NCBI GenBank assembly: GCA_027021705.1
Contig: JALUTT010000010.1
Span: 8,211-72,210 of the forward strand
Origin: Anaerolineae bacterium
GTDB taxonomy: Bacteria; Chloroflexota; Anaerolineae; S140-20
Direction of reading: 5' to 3'
DNA length: 64,000 nucleotides
Part shown: piece after piece, positions 18,463-31,660 of the stretch
How positions within the stretch are numbered: position 1 is the first letter of the stretch
Layout of the letters: the number at the start of each line of letters is the position of its first letter
Translations under genes and position numbers: made by a program
Notes under the pieces: model-generated
Database searches by the model: none
Seen by the model: the letters and a program-made list of their open reading frames with translations, nothing else
What the model was told of the DNA's origin: nothing

Positions 18463-19026
18463 ATGCGCAGGCTTCTCGTGGCCTTGAGGAGTCCCAACCT
18501 GTGGGTGCCGGTGTTGCTGCTCATCACCAACGGCATCGCCTGGCTCAGCGCCTTGGCGTCGGGCGAGCCTTACGTCGTCGAGCCCCGTCTGGAGCCGAGC
18601 CTGGCCGACCTGCGGGCTAGGCTTGACGAGGGAGGCCATTCGGGCGAGCCCTTCACCCTCGTGGTCACGGACCAGGAGGCGGCGGAGACCATCGCCTGGT
18701 ATCTGGCGCGTCACCCGCGTATTCCCTTCGCCCGTCCGCGCGTCGCTTTTCACCCTGATGTCGTCGAGGCGTGGGGTGAGGCCCACGTGGCCGGGCTGCG
18801 GGTAGGGCTCCACGGACGGGCGCGGATCGTGTTGCAGGATGGGGTGCCGGTCGTCACCGTCGAGGAGTTGGGCATGGCCGGCCTGAGCGTGCCGGGCTTC
18901 GTTCGGCAGCGCATCCAGCAGGAGGTGGATGTCCAGCTCGACCTGAGCGACCGGCGGCTGCCGGTGATCATCACCCGTTTTGAGTTGGAGGAGGGGCAGG
19001 CGGTGATCGAGGGGACGATCCGTTGA
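18463..19026 (+). CDS. Membrane-anchored hypothetical protein (elongated beta/helix, LmeA/YpmS-like, tentative)
   Basis: ATG at 18463 after ggagg; N-terminal TM; coding bias. Confidence 0.65.
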   Translation: MRRLLVALRSPNLWVPVLLLITNGIAWLSALASGEPYVVEPRLEPSLADLRARLDEGGHSGEPFTLVVTDQEAAETIAWYLARHPRIPFARPRVAFHPDVVEAWGEAHVAGLRVGLHGRARIVLQDGVPVVTVEELGMAGLSVPGFVRQRIQQEVDVQLDLSDRRLPVIITRFELEEGQAVIEGTIR

Positions 19027-19124
19027 GAGGGCTGGAGGGCCTGTCCGATGGCGTGGGGGCTGGTAGGGGGCGACTGGTCGGTTCTGTGATTGGAGGAATT
19101 TGCCGGAAACGGGGCGTTATCCTC

Positions 19125-19153
19125 TTGACAAGTGAGGGGTGGTTTGGTATAAT
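19125..19153 (+). promoter_or_regulatory. Consensus sigma70 promoter (P1)
   Basis: TTGACA-17bp-TATAAT. Confidence 0.85.
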
Positions 19154-19159
19154 AGGAGC

Positions 19160-19306
19160 GCACTGAGTTGAGGGACCGACGATCTCGCCCACGGACAGGT
19201 GGGAAGATCTGACAAGCGAAAGGAGTGAAGGGCAGCACGGAATCTAGGAGACAACGCATGAGGACGCGGAGGTGCTGCCTGCCGATGTGAGAACATCGGC
19301 CTTTTT
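19160..19306 (+). ncRNA. Candidate ~145-nt GGA-rich sRNA or terminated rrn leader
   Basis: Lies between perfect promoter P1 and the terminator gccgatgt-gaga-acatcggc-cttttt (19281-19306). Confidence 0.45.
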
Positions 19307-19320
19307 GTCCCTTGACAGTC

Positions 19321-19349
19321 TTGACAGTTTGGGGTGGGTGTGCTATAAT
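19321..19349 (+). promoter_or_regulatory. rrn promoter (P2)
   Basis: TTGACA-17bp-TATAAT with GC-rich discriminator cccgccc. Confidence 0.85.
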
Positions 19350-19453
19350 CCCGCCCGCTCTGGGGGGACCTTAACAACTGAAGAGTGGTAAGAAGGTGGA
19401 ACGGACTTGGGCTCACGTCAAGAAATGACCACGGCATAGACCGTGGACAGAAT

Positions 19454-21003
<1,550 letters not shown>

Positions 21004-21102
21004 TAGGGAGCTACAGCCAGCCCCTGTGAAGGGGCGGCTAGCAGCGGATCACCCAAGTTCGGACCCCTTCTTGCCACTTCTCAGTTGTTAAGGCGACAAG
21101 AT

Positions 21103-21176
21103 GGGCCTTTAGCTCAGCAGGTTAGAGCACTCCTCTGATAAGGGAGAGGTCCCTGGTTCGAGTCCAGGAAGGCCCA
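21103..21176 (+). tRNA. tRNA-Ile(GAT), CCA not encoded
   Basis: Cloverleaf, anticodon loop CT-GAT-AA, GGTTCGAGTCC T-arm. Confidence 0.96.
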
Positions 21177-21212
21177 CTCGGACTCCCGACATTGATAATT
21201 CCATAGATAGTT

Positions 21213-21285
21213 GGGGATGTAGCTCAGATGGGAGAGCGCCTCCCTTGCACGGAGGAGGTCAGGGGTTCGAGTCCCCTCATCTCCA
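21213..21285 (+). tRNA. tRNA-Ala(TGC), CCA not encoded
   Basis: GGGGATG acceptor stem with G3:U70, anticodon TGC, GGTTCGAGTCC. Confidence 0.96.
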
Positions 21286-21301
21286 CTGGTTTCGGAGGCG
21301 C

Positions 21302-21330
21302 TTGACAGAGCGGCAGAAATCACGTATACT
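21302..21330 (+). promoter_or_regulatory. Internal promoter in ITS upstream of 23S
   Basis: TTGACA-17bp-TATACT. Confidence 0.7.
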
Positions 21331-21566
21331 CTATGGCGGTCAACAACCGGATAGCAGGAACGGGATAGCGAGGGGAAAGGCCATATCCAACGGTCGTTAA
21401 ACGGCCTGGATATGCCAGGCCGTTTTGTGTGGGAAGGGTTGAGCGTTGGCGATTGGGGTCCACAGCGGTGGACGACAATGGTCAGCGGTCAACCCGCTGA
21501 GGAGCCACCTGGCACCTTAACAACTGAACAGAATGCGCGGTCTTCAATTTCTCCGGTTTTTACGTG

Positions 21567-24615
<3,049 letters not shown>

Positions 24616-24712
24616 ACTCACAGACCGGGGAAAGCGAGACCAAGCATTCTGTTCAGTTCTTAAGGTGTCAGGGCTCTCGACACGTTGGTTCAACCGTAAA
24701 CTCAAAAAGAGC

Positions 24713-24832
<120 letters not shown>

Positions 24833-24853
24833 GCTCTTTTAGTCTTCGCTGCA

Positions 24854-24885
24854 AAGAGGCCGGGCCGCTACAGGCCCGGCCTCTT
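24854..24885. terminator. Bidirectional terminator after rrn
   Basis: aagaggccgggcc-gctaca-ggcccggcctctt. Confidence 0.75.
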
Positions 24886-24918
24886 GTTGCTTGATGGCCC
24901 TTTTCTCGCCAGAACGGC

Positions 24919-27828
24919 TCAACTTCCTCCTCCTTTGGTTGAGGGCTCATCAAGCCAGATAGGCAAGGTGAAGCTGAAGGTGCTGCCCTTCCCCACAGCG
25001 CTCTCCAGCCACACTTCCCCGCCATGCATCTCCACCAGCGACTTGACGATGGGCAAGCCAAGCCCTGTGCCGATCTGGCGGGTGACCAGCGGGTGATCCA
25101 CTCGGTAGAACCGTTCCCAGATCTTCTCCTGTTCCTCGGGAGGAATGCCGATCCCCGTATCGGCGACATCCACCTGCAGGTAATCGCCCACCGACTGGAC
25201 CTGGATCGTCACGGTTCCGCCTTCAGGAGTATAGTTGATGGCGTTGCCCACCAGGTTGGTCAGCACCTGCTCGATCCGCTTGGGGTCCCCTCGGGCCAGG
25301 GGCAGGTCCGCCGGTACGTGGGCCGAGAGGGAGATCCGTTTGGCCTCGGCGCGCTCCCGAAAAGCGTTGACGACCTGGGCGATGATGCCCCCGATGGCGA
25401 AGGGGCCAATGTCCAGCTTCAGCCTGCCCGTTTCCATCCGGGAGATGTCTAGGAGGTCGTTGACCAGAAGGCTCAAGCGGTCGGCGTTGGACTTGATGAT
25501 CCGCAGAAATTCCCGTTGTTGATCGGTCAAGGGACCAGCCGTCCCCAGCATCAGCAGGTCCGTATACCCTTTGATGGAGGTCATCGGCAGGCGAAGTTCG
25601 TGGGAGACGGTGGAGACGAACTCGCTCTTGGCGCGGTTCAGCTCCACTTCCTTCGTAATGTCGTGGAAGATGGCCACTACGCCCAGGAAGCGGGGTCCCA
25701 TATAGACCGGCGAGAGGCGGATGCTGAGGGTGCGCTCCCCCACGACAGCCCTCTGTTCCATACAATCCATCTCGGCATCGGTCTGGACATACGCCCAGCG
25801 TCGGAAGGCGGTGTCCCATGCAGCCTCGTCGAGGCCCAGTTGGTGGGTGATCGCCCGGAGGGTGTGGCCCAGGACATTCTCGCGGGGCTGGCCCAAAAGC
25901 CGTTCGGCAGCGGCGTTGAAGAGGATGATGCGTCCCTCTCCGTCGGTCACCAGGACACCGTCGGCCACGCTTTCCAAGATCGCCTGTCGCTTGGAGGCTT
26001 CCACCTCCAGGGCGTGGACGGCCTGGGCCAGCTCTGCGGTCCGGGCGTCCACTTTGCGCTCCAGGTTGCGCCGTTCGATGCGCAGCTCTTCGTAGAGACG
26101 GGCATTCTCGATGACGATGGCGGCCTGCTGAGCCAGGGTCTGGCCCAGTTTCATCTCCCACTCGCTGAAAACACGCTGCGGACGGTAAGCTCCCAGTTCG
26201 ATGAGGCCAATGGCCTCGTCGCGGGCAACGAGGGGGAGGATCAGGTAAGTCTGCATCGTGTCCGGCCTCAGTGCGGTCGGTGGATGGTCTGGGATGGGAA
26301 GGGTGACGGCGACGGGGGTGCGGCCTTCCAGGGCCTGGCGGAAGTCAGGGCGCTCGTCCAGGTGGTAGACGGTTCCCAGAGGGCCAGGAGTCCAGGGGGC
26401 ATCCGGCAGATGGTGGTCAAGCCAAGAGATGACCTGGTTCCGGTCCTGATCCCAACTGGAGACCCGGCATCCGGCGACGTTCAGGATGCGCACCATCTGA
26501 TCCGCAATGAGGGCCAGGGCTCCTCGGACATCGAGGATGGAGGCGATGATGGCTTGGATGCGCAGAAGGGCTGTCAGCTCTTCTGTGCGTCGGACTTCCT
26601 GCTGGTAGAGGTGGGCATTGGCGATGGCGGTCGCGGCTTGGTTGACCAGCGCCTGGGCCAGGTCCATCTCCTGCTCGCTGAAGGTGCGGTGGGGATCCGC
26701 CGTGTAGAGCTCGACCAGTCCCACCGTGTCGTCGCGGGAGACCAGGGGGAGTAGGAGGGCGGCGCTCATCAAGCCGGTGCGGAGTAGGGGAACCTGACTG
26801 GCCTCTTCTGGGGAGTCCCCCATCGCGACGGTCATCGCCTGGCGATCTTGGAGAACCTGCGCCGCCAGGGGGAAATCGCTGAGGTTCTGGACGGACCCAG
26901 GCGGAGGGAGCAGGGGGACCTTGTCTGGAGAAGAGCGCACCAGGTGGATGACCAGCGTCTGATCCTCTGACTCCCATTGGGAGATGATGCATCCGTCGGC
27001 TTGAAAGGCGCTTATCAGGCGGGTAGCGATGATGTCGCGGATTTCGTCGGGATCGAGGCTGTTGGAGACGGCTGCCCCGGCTTCGAAGAGGATGTTGAGT
27101 TCGTCCAAGCGGTCTAGAGCCTGGGCGTACTGGTGGGCATTGTGGATGGCGATGGCGATCTGATCGGCCAAGATGTTGAGCCACTCGATCGCCTCACGCC
27201 TGTACTGGTTGCCCTCTTGGGGGGGGCCCAGGAGCAGGAGGCCAACGAGGCGATCCTCCAGGATGAGGGGCACGACCCAGGTGATGTCCAGGGTGCACCA
27301 CTTGCGCCAGAGGGGGGAGGCGGGGAGTTTCTCCTCCACGAGGGATAGGGCACGGCGGTGCTGGAGGATGCGATAGAGGAGGCCGTCGTTGGAAGGAACC
27401 GGCCCAATCTCTGGCGGGGTGGGACCACTCTGGCGGACGACTTCCAGGGGGCGGTCGGGATAGAGGGTAATCAGGAGGGCAGAAAAGTAAGGAGAGAGGG
27501 TCTCATCCAGCAGGGTGACGATCTCGTCCAGCAGGGCGTCTGGATGGTGGTGCCGATGCAGGCGCTGGATGAGGGTGAGTAACTGCTCTTGAGAGTGGCT
27601 GAGGCCGGGGGCAGCCAAGTAGGCAAGCTGCTGGCGGACGAAGAGGAAGAGGGGAACGGCCAGCAGGAGGGTGATCAAGATCGCGGTTAGGAGAGCCCAA
27701 CCGGTGGAGATCTCAATCTGCTGGAGCAGAACGACGATGGCGTAGGAGACGAGCACCAGCAGCAGCGCCAAGAGGCTGTATATCAGGGTGGTCAGCGCGA
27801 ACCGGCTGACCTGGGCTGGTTTACGCAT
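24919..27828 (-). CDS. Multi-GAF/PAS sensor histidine kinase
   Basis: N-terminal TMs, three GAF-like repeats, PAS 'ILESVADGVLVTD', H-box SHELR, N-box NAINY, G-boxes DTGIGI and GTGLGL. Confidence 0.93.
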   Translation of the reverse strand: MRKPAQVSRFALTTLIYSLLALLLVLVSYAIVVLLQQIEISTGWALLTAILITLLLAVPLFLFVRQQLAYLAAPGLSHSQEQLLTLIQRLHRHHHPDALLDEIVTLLDETLSPYFSALLITLYPDRPLEVVRQSGPTPPEIGPVPSNDGLLYRILQHRRALSLVEEKLPASPLWRKWCTLDITWVVPLILEDRLVGLLLLGPPQEGNQYRREAIEWLNILADQIAIAIHNAHQYAQALDRLDELNILFEAGAAVSNSLDPDEIRDIIATRLISAFQADGCIISQWESEDQTLVIHLVRSSPDKVPLLPPPGSVQNLSDFPLAAQVLQDRQAMTVAMGDSPEEASQVPLLRTGLMSAALLLPLVSRDDTVGLVELYTADPHRTFSEQEMDLAQALVNQAATAIANAHLYQQEVRRTEELTALLRIQAIIASILDVRGALALIADQMVRILNVAGCRVSSWDQDRNQVISWLDHHLPDAPWTPGPLGTVYHLDERPDFRQALEGRTPVAVTLPIPDHPPTALRPDTMQTYLILPLVARDEAIGLIELGAYRPQRVFSEWEMKLGQTLAQQAAIVIENARLYEELRIERRNLERKVDARTAELAQAVHALEVEASKRQAILESVADGVLVTDGEGRIILFNAAAERLLGQPRENVLGHTLRAITHQLGLDEAAWDTAFRRWAYVQTDAEMDCMEQRAVVGERTLSIRLSPVYMGPRFLGVVAIFHDITKEVELNRAKSEFVSTVSHELRLPMTSIKGYTDLLMLGTAGPLTDQQREFLRIIKSNADRLSLLVNDLLDISRMETGRLKLDIGPFAIGGIIAQVVNAFRERAEAKRISLSAHVPADLPLARGDPKRIEQVLTNLVGNAINYTPEGGTVTIQVQSVGDYLQVDVADTGIGIPPEEQEKIWERFYRVDHPLVTRQIGTGLGLPIVKSLVEMHGGEVWLESAVGKGSTFSFTLPIWLDEPSTKGGGS

Positions 27829-27891
27829 GATCGCACCCCACGTTGGGCCCTGGGGCTATGCGGTTCTCGGATGACGACAGTTACAGGCCCG

Positions 27892-29403
27892 TCACGTCCG
27901 TGGTCGCAGGTGGGGGAAGAGGATCACTTCACGGATGGATGCCTTGTCGGTGAAGAGCATCGTGAGCCGGTCAATGCCCATCCCGAATCCCCCGTTGGGA
28001 GGCATCCCGTATCTCATAGCCTGGAGGTAATCCTCGTCCATTGGGTGGGCTTCCTCGTCGCCAGCATCGTAGGCACGTCCCTGTTCAATGAAGCGCTGTT
28101 CCTGATCGAGGGGATCGTTGAGCTCGGTGAAGGCGTTGCAGATCTCCATTCCGCCGATGAAGCCCTCGAACCGCTCGACGTGGGTGGGGTCGTCCGGCTT
28201 CCGCTTGGCGAGGGGCGTGATGTCAACGGGATAGTCCAGGACGAAGGTGGGCTGGATGAGGTTGGGTTCTACGTAGTGACTGAGCAGGCTGTCTACCAGT
28301 TTGCCCCAACTAGATGAGGGGGAGGGCTCATGCCCCAGGGCTCGCATCGCCTCGGCCAGGGAATCACGGGTGGGATGCTCGGTGTAGTCAATCCCGCAGG
28401 CGTTGTAGATCGCTTCCCGCAAGGTGAGGCGGGTCCAAGGAGGGGTAAGGTCAATCTCATGACCCTGGTAGGTGAGCCGTCGGCTGCCCAGGACTTGCTC
28501 GGCCGCGTAGACGATCATCTCTTCGGTCAAGGCCATCACGTCGTTGTAATCGGCGTAGGCCACGTAGAACTCCAACTGGGTGAACTCGGGGTTATGCTTG
28601 AAGGAGACACCCTCGTTGCGGAAGTCCCGCCCGATCTCATACACCCGCTCATACATCCCCACCAGCAGTCGCTTCAGGTAGAGCTCAAAGGAGATGCGCA
28701 GGTAGAGGTCTTGATGGAGTTGGTTGTGGTGGGTGATGAAGGGACGGGCGGCTGCTCCCCCATAGACGGGCTGGAGGATGGGGGTTTCTACCTCCAGGAA
28801 CCCCCGCTCATCGAGGAACTGGCGCAGGGCGGCGATCAGGCGGGCCCGCTTGCGGAAGACCTCGCGCACTTCGGGGTTGGTGGCCAGGTCGGCGTAGCGC
28901 TGGCGGTATCGCTCTTCCACGTCGGAGAAGGCGGAATAGCGGATGACCTTCCCATCCACGACCTGTTCCTTGACCACCGGGAGCGGACTAAGGGCCTTGG
29001 CCAGCATGGCGAATCGCTGGACCTGGACGGTGATCTCGCCGGTGCGTGTGCGGAAGAGGCGACCTTGGGCTTCGAGGAAGTCGCCCAGATCGAAGTCCCG
29101 CTTAAAGTGGTCGTAGCGCTCTTGGCCCAGGTCGTTGAGGCGGAAGAAGAGCTGGATCTTGCCACTGCCATCCTCGATGTGGGCAAAGGTGATCTTGCCC
29201 ATCACCCGAACGGAGCGGAGACGTCCTGCGACGATGACCTCGGGACCTTCTTGGCCTTCTGCTTCGGCGTTCAAGAAGGCGGCAATGGCCTCCGTCGTAG
29301 TGTGGGTACGGTGGGAGCGAGGCGGGTAGGGGTCAATCCCCTGGGCACGTATCCGTTCCAGTTTGGCCAGGCGCTGGCGTTCTAGGTCGCTCAGTGGGCG
29401 CAT
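27892..29403 (-). CDS. lysS: Lysine--tRNA ligase (class II)
   Basis: 'RYRQRYADL', 'GGAAARPF', 'FRNEG..HNPEFT', 'GMGIDRL', 'IREVILFP'. Confidence 0.97.
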   Translation of the reverse strand: MRPLSDLERQRLAKLERIRAQGIDPYPPRSHRTHTTTEAIAAFLNAEAEGQEGPEVIVAGRLRSVRVMGKITFAHIEDGSGKIQLFFRLNDLGQERYDHFKRDFDLGDFLEAQGRLFRTRTGEITVQVQRFAMLAKALSPLPVVKEQVVDGKVIRYSAFSDVEERYRQRYADLATNPEVREVFRKRARLIAALRQFLDERGFLEVETPILQPVYGGAAARPFITHHNQLHQDLYLRISFELYLKRLLVGMYERVYEIGRDFRNEGVSFKHNPEFTQLEFYVAYADYNDVMALTEEMIVYAAEQVLGSRRLTYQGHEIDLTPPWTRLTLREAIYNACGIDYTEHPTRDSLAEAMRALGHEPSPSSSWGKLVDSLLSHYVEPNLIQPTFVLDYPVDITPLAKRKPDDPTHVERFEGFIGGMEICNAFTELNDPLDQEQRFIEQGRAYDAGDEEAHPMDEDYLQAMRYGMPPNGGFGMGIDRLTMLFTDKASIREVILFPHLRPRT

Positions 29404-29415
29404 AGGGCTCTCCCA

Positions 29416-29889
29416 TTACTCGATGGCAACGATGCGGAAGGTGAGGACGCCGTCGGGAGCGTTGACCCTCACTTCGTCCCCGACCTTCTTGCCTATCAAA
29501 ACCCGTCCCAGAGGGGATTCGTTGGAGATGCGGCCGGCGATGGGATCGGCCTCTGCGGAGCCCACGACGGTGTAGGTCTCCGGCTCATCCTCCCGGCCAA
29601 CCTCGACCACGGTCACACGGCTGCCTAGTCCGACCCGGTCTTTAGGACCTTTTTCTTCAACGACCACGGCGTGCTTCAAGATGCTTTCCAGTTCCAAGAT
29701 GCGTCCTTCGACGAAGGCCTGTTCGTTGCGAGCATCTTCCAACTCGGCGTTCTCCAGCAGGTCTCCCTCGTCCATTGCGGAATGGAGGCGTTTGGCGACC
29801 TGTTGGCGGCGCACAGTGCGCAGGTACTCCAACTCTTCTTCCAGCTTCTTGTACCCTTCGGGGGTGAGGAAAATGGATTGTTTACTCAT
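29416..29889 (-). CDS. greA: Transcription elongation factor GreA
   Basis: 'LTPEGYKKLEEEL', 'GDLLENAE', 'ISNESPLG'; ATG 29889 with gaggag. Confidence 0.95.
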   Translation of the reverse strand: MSKQSIFLTPEGYKKLEEELEYLRTVRRQQVAKRLHSAMDEGDLLENAELEDARNEQAFVEGRILELESILKHAVVVEEKGPKDRVGLGSRVTVVEVGREDEPETYTVVGSAEADPIAGRISNESPLGRVLIGKKVGDEVRVNAPDGVLTFRIVAIE

Positions 29890-29928
29890 CGTCTCCTCTG
29901 CAGCAGGCTGAGAGGTGTCTGGTGGGCT

Positions 29929-29957
29929 AAAAAAAGCCTGGGGGGTCTCCCCAGACT
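29929..29957 (-). terminator. Intrinsic terminator in greA leader
   Basis: agtctgggg-agacc-ccccaggct-tttttt on minus strand, downstream of promoter TTTACA-17-TATAAT (30037-30009). Confidence 0.65.
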
Positions 29958-30112
29958 GAGCGCTTTTTGAAGCAAGGAAGCTCCTGTCGTCACCCAGGAG
30001 CCGACCCAATTATAGCGCAGATTTGGCAGTTTGTAAAGATGCAGTAGGGAACCAAATTTGAGAGCGGGCAGAATTATACCAGAACATTCGTTCCTTGACC
30101 AGGGAAGTTTTC

Positions 30113-30215
30113 CGGTGATTACCCATATCTTTGGAGATAGGGAGACTAGCCGTCCACGAATGGCGTGGACGGCCTGCTACGGACCACTCTCTCGCTCCCT
30201 TGTGGGTAATCACCG
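30113..30215 (+). repeat. Structured repeat family B (MITE-like), copy 1
   Basis: TIR CGGTGATTACCCA...TGGGTAATCACCG; second copy at 51146-51299. Confidence 0.85.
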
Positions 30216-30301
30216 CAAGTTTTGATCTGGGGGCGCCATTGGTTGACGAAAGGGCCGCTCAAGGGTAGAATGAGGCCGTGAAGGAGGAGGCAGGGACCAC
30301 G

Positions 30302-31168
30302 ATGTCCATCATCACGCTGATCACCGATTTTGGAACGGTGGATGGCTACGTGGGGGCGATGAAAGGGGTGATCCTGAGCCTGGCCCCCCATGTCCAGATC
30401 GTGGACATCACCCACGAGATCCCCCCGCAGGCCATTCGCCAGGCAGCCTGGGCGCTGGCTACGGCAGCGCGCCATTTCCCCCCTGGAACAGTGCACGTGG
30501 TTGTGGTGGATCCCGGCGTGGGCGGGGAGCGCCGTCCCTTGGCGCTGGAGCGGGATGGGCAGTTCTTCGTCGGGCCGGACAACGGGGTCTTCACGCCCTT
30601 TCTCCCGGCTTCCGCCTGTGTAGCCCTCACGGAGCCGGTCTACCACCACCACCCCGTCTCGGCGACCTTTCACGGTCGGGACATCTTTGCACCGGTGGCA
30701 GCCCACATCGTTTTAGGGGTTCCTCTCTCCAAGTTTGGTCCTCCGGTTGCCGATCCCGTGCGTCTTCCCCCGCCGCGTCTGGAGGTCCAGGCGGAGGGAC
30801 AGATCCTCGGTGAGGTGGTCCACATTGACCGCTTTGGCAATGGGATCACCAGCATCGGTCCTTTGCGATGGCAAGGACACCTTCTGGCTCTGGGTGGTGA
30901 GGCGGCGACGGGATTGGCCCTAGGGGGGGAGAGGGTCGTTGGTGCGTCGGTTCCAAGCCTGACCTTCCACGCCCAGCGGGTGGTTGTGGAAGTAGGAGGG
31001 CGACGGTTGGCCGGCATTCACCGCACCTACAGCGAGGGGATGCCTGGTGAGGCGCTGGCGCTGGTAGGCAGCAGCGGCTACCTGGAGATCGCTGTTCGGG
31101 AGGGGAGCGCAGCCCGAGCCCTGGCCCTTCGGCCGGGGGACCCTGTTATGCTCAAGGTACTGCGATGA
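30302..31168 (+). CDS. SAM hydroxide adenosyltransferase / chlorinase-like (DUF62)
   Basis: 'ITLITDFG', 'VVVDPGVG', 'GPDNG', 'TFHGRDIFAP', 'IDRFGN'. Confidence 0.92.
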   Translation: MSIITLITDFGTVDGYVGAMKGVILSLAPHVQIVDITHEIPPQAIRQAAWALATAARHFPPGTVHVVVVDPGVGGERRPLALERDGQFFVGPDNGVFTPFLPASACVALTEPVYHHHPVSATFHGRDIFAPVAAHIVLGVPLSKFGPPVADPVRLPPPRLEVQAEGQILGEVVHIDRFGNGITSIGPLRWQGHLLALGGEAATGLALGGERVVGASVPSLTFHAQRVVVEVGGRRLAGIHRTYSEGMPGEALALVGSSGYLEIAVREGSAARALALRPGDPVMLKVLR

Positions 31169-31656
31169 ATTTCTGGACCCGTCTCTGGTTTTGGGGATTG
31201 GCTTTGGCGGACCGATGGTTGGGCACCAACCTGTTGGAGCGGGAGCTGTCCCGCCGCCAAGCCGCCCTGGCGGCCATTGAGGCCGAGGTCGCCGAATTGG
31301 AGCAGATGCTGACCCAGGTCAACTTGGAGCTGGATCACCTGGAGCTCGTCGTCTGCCTGGCTTGGCTCTACCAGCGGTCCATCCAGTTCGGCTCTAATTG
31401 GTCCCGTTTCGATCCCCGGCGGGGCGGCGAGGAGGAAGAGGTCCTGGACATGGCCATCCAACGCCTGGTGCGCGCGGGGTTGGCAGCCGTGCACACCGAG
31501 GAGGTGGAGCCCGGTCACTACATTTACACCTTGCGCCCTTACTGGGGGCCGATTCGCCAGGAGATGGAGAGGTGCCCGGGGGCGATGGATGAACTGATCG
31601 CCTGGGTGGCCCAGCAGGAAGCTGGAGCTTCAGAGACCCGGGCTGAGGGAGGATAA
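31165..31656 (+). CDS. Hypothetical protein (coiled coil plus wHTH-like)
   Basis: Overlapping ATGA start with upstream gene, coding bias. Confidence 0.7.
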   Translation: MNFWTRLWFWGLALADRWLGTNLLERELSRRQAALAAIEAEVAELEQMLTQVNLELDHLELVVCLAWLYQRSIQFGSNWSRFDPRRGGEEEEVLDMAIQRLVRAGLAAVHTEEVEPGHYIYTLRPYWGPIRQEMERCPGAMDELIAWVAQQEAGASETRAEGG

Positions 31657-31660
31657 CCTT

